IMG/VR virus record: IMGVR_UViG_3300029258_001409
Coordinates: 1 to 61,408 of that record
From: a virus
Lineage: Duplodnaviria > Caudoviricetes
Reading direction: 5' to 3' (one strand)
DNA: 61,408 bases
A program made the position numbers and the translations under genes. The notes under the pieces are model-generated. The model saw only the letters and a program-made list of their open reading frames with translations, searched no databases and had not been told where the DNA came from. Of the stretch, positions 55,579-61,408 are shown piece by piece (position 1 is the stretch's first letter; each line of letters starts with the position of its first letter).

Positions 55579-56630
55579 TGGGCAACGGCGAACCTGTAGT
55601 GAAGCGGGGTTTCATTGACGCGGGGCTCGATGGGCACCAACGCTGGCGCGCTGACTGGAGGAAGATCTTCAATGGGATGTTTGTCTCCAACGTCGGCTCC
55701 GGCAACACACTCTCGGGTTATGCCGATCGGTTAGGGGCGATACTCGGAATTCCCCGGCCAAGCGTCGTTCGTCCCCATAGCCAGACGGAGACCCGCCAGA
55801 CTCATGATTTCGAGTACCGGATCATGCTTTGTAATGCGATGGCGAATTGGGACCTCCGGGGATCTCCATCGGCTTTCAAGGAATATCTGGCCTGGTGGAC
55901 ATGGGTGAATCCCATCATCGAGGAGGCGTGGGTCGAGGGAGCCTGGGTTTGGGTTGTGGGAGAAAGATACGTCGGAACAGAGCCGCAGACCATTGTGGGG
56001 GGTGTCTTCGACATCTTCACCTGGATCTGGAACATGCACAGCGGGACTCCTGCGGAGAGGTACTTCATCACACAGGATCATCTGAAAACACACTTCCCCC
56101 TCCATACGAGCATGGGCTGGGGCCGCACGTCGAGCAACCAGTCAGGTGTGGCGGCTCCGGTCAACGGTCTCACCGGGTCAAGCGCGGAGGGCTATGGGCT
56201 CATGTCATTCGACGAGGGCCTCGATTCTTTTGTGATCGCCCCCTGGCAGATGGTGGGGTACGGTAGCCCGGGAACCTTCTACTGGCGCCCGCCTACGATA
56301 GACCGGGAGCAGGGGCACGAGGCCCAGGAATGGTTTGCTGACTGGCACACCCTGCTCAGGCATGACATTGCCCACCTGTTCACAATCTGGGGACAGTGGA
56401 GAGATGCCGACTCAGGTTCCGGGCCCTGGTCCGATTGGCAGGACGTAGATCTGAATGGCAACATCAACGGAAAACAGTTCGTGCAGTTGAAGATCTTCGT
56501 GGACATTGCTGGAGAGGAAGGCTGGGGCCAGAGCGAGAAGCAGGCGGTAGTGGATGGTTTCGCATTGGTGTACGCGTGCGCCAAGTGGCTCACCCCGGCA
56601 GAGGCAATCTGGCTTCGACCACCGGAGTAA
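55575..56630 (+). CDS. Baseplate wedge / tail protein I-like
   Basis: DRLGAILGIPR...DFEYR; follows J. Confidence 0.6.
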   Translation: MMGNGEPVVKRGFIDAGLDGHQRWRADWRKIFNGMFVSNVGSGNTLSGYADRLGAILGIPRPSVVRPHSQTETRQTHDFEYRIMLCNAMANWDLRGSPSAFKEYLAWWTWVNPIIEEAWVEGAWVWVVGERYVGTEPQTIVGGVFDIFTWIWNMHSGTPAERYFITQDHLKTHFPLHTSMGWGRTSSNQSGVAAPVNGLTGSSAEGYGLMSFDEGLDSFVIAPWQMVGYGSPGTFYWRPPTIDREQGHEAQEWFADWHTLLRHDIAHLFTIWGQWRDADSGSGPWSDWQDVDLNGNINGKQFVQLKIFVDIAGEEGWGQSEKQAVVDGFALVYACAKWLTPAEAIWLRPPE

Positions 56631-56633
56631 ACG

Positions 56634-57062
56634 ATGCCGATCATCGAAAGAGCGGTTGCAGTCGTCTACAATGTTCTGGATCTCCCGCTGGACCTGGGAA
56701 CATTAGAGACGGGTTTGGCCCTCAATGCTTATGGTGAGATGTACGTGGAGTCTGGTTACGAGGACACAGACCTGGAATTCACCAGCGCCGTGTCAGATCT
56801 CGGTTCGGATTACTCCTCATACACCTTTGCGATAGACTGGTTTGGCTGGAAGCTGTCTGGCGCCACAGTGACCGTAACCGGCGAAGTTCGAGCGGGAAAT
56901 GTCGCCACCCCGGACGAGACTTGGACAAGCTGGAGCAGTATCGCCGTGGATGATCCGCCCGTAGCCAGCAAGCGGTATCAACAGATCCGCCTGACGATCA
57001 ACAGCGACGACACAGAGAGTTTTCGCCTGCATCGCATTCACTGGAAACGCTTCGAGTCGTGA
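56634..57062 (+). CDS. Tail-region beta-sandwich protein
   Basis: WTSWS...RYQQIRLT, similar to the C-terminus of the upstream gene. Confidence 0.55.
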   Translation: MPIIERAVAVVYNVLDLPLDLGTLETGLALNAYGEMYVESGYEDTDLEFTSAVSDLGSDYSSYTFAIDWFGWKLSGATVTVTGEVRAGNVATPDETWTSWSSIAVDDPPVASKRYQQIRLTINSDDTESFRLHRIHWKRFES

Positions 57063-57074
57063 GAGGGGGCCGCC

Positions 57075-58352
57075 GTGAAGTATCTATCGTACATCGTATC
57101 GTTCGTGGTTCTGGTGCTTGCTGGTGCGTCGGCCCTCGCTCAATCGGTAGACAGAGAATCTGCATCTGTGCGGATCTCCGGCTGGGATGCTCCCGGTCTG
57201 AAGGTGGTCGCTTGTTTCCCCGCCGATGAGTCGATGGGCTCCTATGCCTCGATGGACACGGCCTACGATCGCGGCGCAGGAAACTATACATGGGACGATC
57301 TGGAGCCCGGCTGGTACGACATCTACATTGCCGGTCGGCTGGATAGCGCCTGGGCGAACAAGTGGATGCCTGCCTCCTATGCCTACAGCGCAACTTACGC
57401 GGACACTGCTCTTTGGGTTGCCGCAGGGGTTGTTGACTCGACCATGGTTGACGAAGCCGGTCTCTCCTACGATAACTTGAATCTCGACGGACGCCTGGTG
57501 AGTGCGGACATCGCCGATGGGACGATCGGTACGTTTGACCTCGCTGCCGATGCAGTGGACTCGACCGTGACCCAAAATGCCGGGCTCTCCTACGACGATC
57601 TGAACCTTGATGGGCGAGTTGTGACTACGGACTTGGCTTCCGCAGCGGTCGATTCGACAGTCACGGAAGATGCTGGGCTCTCCTACGACAATCTGAATCT
57701 GGACGGGCGGGTCGAAGTCTCAGACCTTGGAATATGGGATGACCAGGTGGTCTGGATACTCGCAACGGATGAAACCGTGATGGTTGTTGGAACCCTTACC
57801 AACTGGAGCGGAAAGCGGGACGGGCAGGATGTGGGCAATTCGAATCTGGATGTGAGGTTTGTCCATGACAGTGACCCCGGTGCTGGCCGAGCGGTAAACA
57901 TCGTTGGGTATTGGGAAGCGGATGGATACCCGGCCCTCGGTGCTGGCGGCTGGCTGATGAAGATTCACAACGCCATGCGCGGGGAAACCCTCAATCCCGG
58001 ATTCGTCGCAGACTGTGATTCCAGCTACAAGTTCGCCGCCAAGTTCAAAAAAGGTCATGTGCAGATCGGCCAGAGTAACGCCGAGACGCTGTGGGTTGAA
58101 TCGAGAACTTGGTGGGGGCCGAATACGGATCGAGGCCAGGCGACGATCCCCGCCACGAATGACTCTATCTTTGTCGCCTTTCCGGGGATGGGGAGTCTGT
58201 ACCTGATTCATCTTACTCCCCTCGGCTGTCCTGCCTGCGGATGGTATGCCCAGAAGATTATTCCCGATGGTTTTGCAATTCGGACCACTTGCTGTACGCC
58301 TTGGGACCTGCCTTTCTCGTGGACGGTCGAGCGGGTCGGGACCAAGAACTAG
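57075..58352 (+). CDS. Signal-peptide-bearing fibre-like repeat protein
   Basis: MKYLSYIVSFVVLVLAGASALA|Q; three VDST...AGLSYD.LNLDGR repeats. Confidence 0.7.
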   Translation: MKYLSYIVSFVVLVLAGASALAQSVDRESASVRISGWDAPGLKVVACFPADESMGSYASMDTAYDRGAGNYTWDDLEPGWYDIYIAGRLDSAWANKWMPASYAYSATYADTALWVAAGVVDSTMVDEAGLSYDNLNLDGRLVSADIADGTIGTFDLAADAVDSTVTQNAGLSYDDLNLDGRVVTTDLASAAVDSTVTEDAGLSYDNLNLDGRVEVSDLGIWDDQVVWILATDETVMVVGTLTNWSGKRDGQDVGNSNLDVRFVHDSDPGAGRAVNIVGYWEADGYPALGAGGWLMKIHNAMRGETLNPGFVADCDSSYKFAAKFKKGHVQIGQSNAETLWVESRTWWGPNTDRGQATIPATNDSIFVAFPGMGSLYLIHLTPLGCPACGWYAQKIIPDGFAIRTTCCTPWDLPFSWTVERVGTKN

Positions 58353-58364
58353 GAGGGATTACCG

Positions 58365-59600
58365 ATGAAACGCGGGAAGCACCCAGATGGGCTGATGCAC
58401 GATCACACGTCGCTGGATTGGAACACGGAAACGATGGTGGACTGCATTGCTCTCCGGCAGCAGCGCATGAGACATATCCCGCCCTGGTCCATGTACGCCG
58501 GGGCCGCGGTTCGCGGTCAGGGGGTCCTCGAAGGCTTCACGGCAGCTATCAAGCAACCAAGTACGCTCATGAAAATTACTGTCCAGCCGGGGAAGGCCAT
58601 CGACATCAATGGCGAGGTCATCACCATGACTGAGGCGGTGGATCTCGACATACCGGATGCGGATGAGATTCGCTGGTGGTTCGTCTGGGTCCGATACAAG
58701 GAAGTGAACAGCACCGTTGGGGACTTCAAGTCTGGGTATAGCCCGTCAACCACGCGCGTGACAGACAGCTATGAATTCGTCATGGAGTATGTCACCTGTG
58801 ACACGGGATATCAGATCTACGGTCCTCCGGGCATGGACAACACGGCGTTTCCTACGGAGGAGGAATGGCCCTCCCCGCCGTCCTCTGATTGCATCCTGAT
58901 CTGCTGTGTTTCCACTGGCGTCGAAGAACCGGACGAGCTCGAATTCATCGAGGATCTTCGGATCTCTCCGGTTATTGCCCCGGCCCAGAACCTGAAGCTC
59001 ATAGACATTGGCCCCTCAGAATGGGTGGATCACAATTTCGATCCTCTCCGCGGCGATGATGCCGATACCGGCCAACGTGTATATCTCGGGACAAGTGCTG
59101 GCCTGACCGGATTCACTGCGATTCCGAGGGTGGTTCACCTGAAGACGAATCAGTATGGAATTGCAACTCTTTGGGGTTCGTTCGTGAGACCCCAGGATTA
59201 CGGGAGCGATGGGCATCTCCTGGTAATGCATTGGGACTCTGTTTCCGTCCTGGACATCACTGTCTTCGCGATGGAGTGGGACAACTCTATCGCATACCGA
59301 GCGAATCAAGGCTCTGCACATACGGAGATCCACGGGCAGCAGATTGCCGCCTTGGACACCACACGATCTGAACCAGGCGCCTACATGGAACAGGAGTCCT
59401 GGTGGGTCACGAAACTTCCTCTCGACTTATCCGGGATCATGCCCGGGTCTTTGATCGGCATCAAGGTGGAGAACGACAACAGTGGTTCTGATACGAGTGC
59501 CTTGGCCTTTTTCCAGTTCCGGTATGTCCCCCATGGTGCTGTGCTGGGGGGCTATTGGCAGGAGGCCGGGATTGTCTCTCGTCGGTACGCGAGATGGTAG
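58365..59600 (+). CDS. Tail fibre / baseplate-attached protein
   Basis: GVLEG...ITVQPGKAIDINGEVI N-terminal attachment motif. Confidence 0.65.
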   Translation: MKRGKHPDGLMHDHTSLDWNTETMVDCIALRQQRMRHIPPWSMYAGAAVRGQGVLEGFTAAIKQPSTLMKITVQPGKAIDINGEVITMTEAVDLDIPDADEIRWWFVWVRYKEVNSTVGDFKSGYSPSTTRVTDSYEFVMEYVTCDTGYQIYGPPGMDNTAFPTEEEWPSPPSSDCILICCVSTGVEEPDELEFIEDLRISPVIAPAQNLKLIDIGPSEWVDHNFDPLRGDDADTGQRVYLGTSAGLTGFTAIPRVVHLKTNQYGIATLWGSFVRPQDYGSDGHLLVMHWDSVSVLDITVFAMEWDNSIAYRANQGSAHTEIHGQQIAALDTTRSEPGAYMEQESWWVTKLPLDLSGIMPGSLIGIKVENDNSGSDTSALAFFQFRYVPHGAVLGGYWQEAGIVSRRYARW

Positions 59601-59615
59601 ACAAGAGGGGGGATC

Positions 59616-59792
59616 ATGAACGGCGATAGGGAACTGGTGTTGGAGCGAGCCATTCGAACCAACGGAAGAACGGGGGAGGTTGTCCGGGCGATCAGACAGC
59701 GACTCTTATCTGGAGCAGCAGAATGCCCGAAACACGAAACCGAGGCGGAGAAACCATTGCCTCCTCCGTTGCCCGACTCGCCCAACAGGTAG
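59616..59792 (+). CDS. 58-aa hypothetical protein (absent from the ORF track)
   Basis: GAGGGGGG RBS; MNGDRELVLERAIR... Confidence 0.4.
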   Translation: MNGDRELVLERAIRTNGRTGEVVRAIRQRLLSGAAECPKHETEAEKPLPPPLPDSPNR

Positions 59793-60106
59793 AAGATCAG
59801 GCCCTGACGACCAAGGACGCATTCTCTGTAGTTCGAGACGAGCTGCATGACCAGGAGGAGCGGATTCGCCGGGGGGAGATCTTTGACGCGAAGATCGAGG
59901 CGCGTTTGGCGGGTTGCCAAGAGAAAAGAATGATGGTATGCCCGTTCTGCGGAATGAGTCAGGCGGCTACTTCCCGGGCCCAGAAGATTCTTGGAACAAC
60001 GCGAAGGTCCCTTCCTGGCGCGGGTGCCGGTGGGGGAATCTGGGTACTGCTGGAGGTCCTGCAACGATATGGCCCGGACTGGCTGAAAACGATTCTGGGG
60101 GGCTGA
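59723..60106 (+). CDS. Coiled-coil protein with hydrophobic C-terminus (holin-like?)
   Basis: Upstream of endolysin; GAGAGGGIWVLLEVL. Confidence 0.45.
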   Translation: MPETRNRGGETIASSVARLAQQVEDQALTTKDAFSVVRDELHDQEERIRRGEIFDAKIEARLAGCQEKRMMVCPFCGMSQAATSRAQKILGTTRRSLPGAGAGGGIWVLLEVLQRYGPDWLKTILGG

Positions 60107-60107
60107 T

Positions 60108-60623
60108 GTGCAGATTTCGTTGGGGGAATTGAATACCGGGGTGCCGAGCGCGAAGAACGACATCAGGCTATCCGAGCATCTACACGCATCGGAGTTGGCC
60201 TGCAAGGGGCGTGTTCATTGCGGGTCTGCCTGGGTCTTCATCCCATCCATCCCGATCCTGTTCGAACTCTCTCGGCAAGCCACCGCAGAGTGGTTCAATC
60301 GGGGCGCCGAGGTTCCCTTGATTGTCAACAGTGGATACCGCTGCGCCAAGTGGAATGAGAGAGAGGGAGGGTGGGCTGCGAGTCGCCACCTGGTCGGCGA
60401 AGCCTTGGATCTACGAGTTCCCGCGTGTGTTCTGGGCGACGATGCCCGGATTTACCAATGGGCCACCATGCTCAAGCGATTCTGGCCGAGAACGGCGCTC
60501 TACCAGCGTTCAGGAGAGGGGTATTCTGGGTTTGTCCACGTTGACCTGGGGGTCGTTCCCGGTCAATTCGACACGGAAGTGCGGGTGTGGTCTAATCCGC
60601 CGAGAGGGGGGAGGGCGTCATGA
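60108..60623 (+). CDS. Endolysin, peptidase M15A family
   Basis: ELACK, NSGYRC..WN..GG...SRHL.GEALD, FVHVD. Confidence 0.9.
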   Translation: MQISLGELNTGVPSAKNDIRLSEHLHASELACKGRVHCGSAWVFIPSIPILFELSRQATAEWFNRGAEVPLIVNSGYRCAKWNEREGGWAASRHLVGEALDLRVPACVLGDDARIYQWATMLKRFWPRTALYQRSGEGYSGFVHVDLGVVPGQFDTEVRVWSNPPRGGRAS

Positions 60624-61057
60624 AAAGGAAGTTTGGCGTTGGTGACATCTGGAACATTCTCTCACTGCTGAGGAAGCTCAGGAATGATCCGGTCTGGCCG
60701 TTGGCGTTTGGTTTCGTGATGGCCGTCATCGGGTTTTTCAAGGATCGTCAGAGCCCGGTGACGAGGCAGGCGCTTGCCACGGCATTCTGGAACCTGGTGG
60801 TGTATGTCGTCAGCCGGTTCGATCCTTCCGTCTTGGGACCCATCATGTACACGGCGGGCAAGGCGGGGTCCAGGGAAATGAACCTCAAGATGCAGAATTG
60901 GGAACCGATCGAAGCGAAGGCCCAGGAAGCGACGCTCGTGGCTGTCGTCGAAGGGTTCCGTGGAATGGACGAGGACGATCCCAGCCGCGAGTCGGCTGCT
61001 CGCACGATTGCTCTCAACAAGGCTTTGGTTGCCTACCGAGCATCGACCGCAGCATAG
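60620..61057 (+). CDS. Membrane protein in lysis module (holin candidate)
   Basis: Two hydrophobic helices; ATGA overlap with endolysin. Confidence 0.5.
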   Translation: MKRKFGVGDIWNILSLLRKLRNDPVWPLAFGFVMAVIGFFKDRQSPVTRQALATAFWNLVVYVVSRFDPSVLGPIMYTAGKAGSREMNLKMQNWEPIEAKAQEATLVAVVEGFRGMDEDDPSRESAARTIALNKALVAYRASTAA

Positions 61058-61081
61058 ACCTGCCTCTCCGTGCTGTGGACC

Positions 61082-61119
61082 AGGGCGCCGGTCATCTACC
61101 CGACCGGCGCCTTCCTGTT
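61082..61119 (+). terminator. Putative end-of-late-operon terminator
   Basis: ggcgccggtc/gaccggcgcc 10-bp stem, 8-nt loop, weak ttcctgtt tail. Confidence 0.55.
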
Positions 61120-61136
61120 GTCCCACGAGCGGGACA
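61120..61136 (-). promoter_or_regulatory. Single inverted copy of the origin 17-mer
   Basis: gtcccacgagcgggaca is the exact reverse complement of 4390-4406 and 4411-4427. Confidence 0.8.
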
Positions 61137-61158
61137 CAGCACCCCCCGAAAAAAGAGC

Positions 61159-61187
61159 TTGACATAGATATAGCATTATGCTATCAT
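61159..61187 (+). promoter_or_regulatory. Strong sigma70 early promoter with overlapping palindromic operator
   Basis: TTGACA-17 nt-TATCAT, TGn extended -10; ATAGCAT-T-ATGCTAT at 61170-61184. Confidence 0.8.
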
Positions 61188-61252
61188 CATTATGCCCCCG
61201 TGATGACGGCGGGGGCTGGGTATCCGTTGGGGCTCTTTGCAGGGAGGTCTGT

Positions 61253-61408
61253 ATGGTGAGAAGACGGTTGGTCTATGGGTATGCCCTGGTGGGCGACGGC
61301 ACCCCAGGGAACATGGCGCTGCCGAAACGCATGGCCGTGACCCATGCGAGGCTCAAAGCCAGTGGGACCGGGAAGAATGTCCAACTCTGGAGGCGGGAAG
61401 TTGAACCC
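61253..61408 (+). CDS. 5' part of the first early gene (continues to 249 across the junction)
   Basis: GGAGG RBS, ATG 61253. Confidence 0.75.
   Translation, partial: MVRRRLVYGYALVGDGTPGNMALPKRMAVTHARLKASGTGKNVQLWRREVEP
61265..61408. repeat. Terminal direct repeat, copy 2
   Basis: Identical to 1-144. Confidence 0.97.

Noticed and set aside
61265-61408. 144-bp terminal repeat as a biological DTR or att site
   Set aside because: It falls inside a coding sequence and is most simply an assembler overlap of a circular contig
1-61408. Alternative genetic code or stop-codon reassignment
   Set aside because: Core genes are intact under the standard code and TAA, TAG and TGA all serve as stops

Overview
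A complete, circularly permuted genome of a GC-rich contractile-tailed (myovirus) dsDNA phage, about 61,264 bp unique; bases 61265-61408 repeat bases 1-144. Every credible gene is on the + strand. Layout: (i) early/replication region (1-14.3 kb) of small ORFs, with RHH/HTH regulators, a wHTH replication-initiator-like gene beside an iteron/DnaA-box origin, a SAM methyltransferase, a RuvC-like resolvase, a DUF5131 radical-SAM-like protein, a MazG-like protein and an ASCH protein; (ii) a promoter with a structured, terminated leader at 14.3-14.5 kb, then a cluster of exported proteins; (iii) terminase, a portal-MuF fusion, a 3272-aa polyvalent protein, protease/scaffold and a SPO1/Herelleviridae-style capsid, neck, sheath, tube, tape measure and baseplate; (iv) an M15A endolysin lysis module. 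No integrase, DNA polymerase, tRNA or CRISPR was recognised. The most striking system is the 3272-aa protein. It is built from seven cassettes, each opened by a V/I-V/I-V-K/R-A/S motif followed by one of two short conserved tags (W[KR]TIRG...GP.AL or WDES.H.R...G.F), then an effector domain (ParB, JAB/RadC, two unknown domains, ART-like, zincin/LPD1, SNF2). The same hydrophobic-K-A/S motif recurs in the capsid, scaffold and portal-MuF proteins. I infer a prohead-protease-processed, capsid-packaged effector polyprotein with shufflable cassettes. All product calls come from motif recognition by eye; no searches were run.
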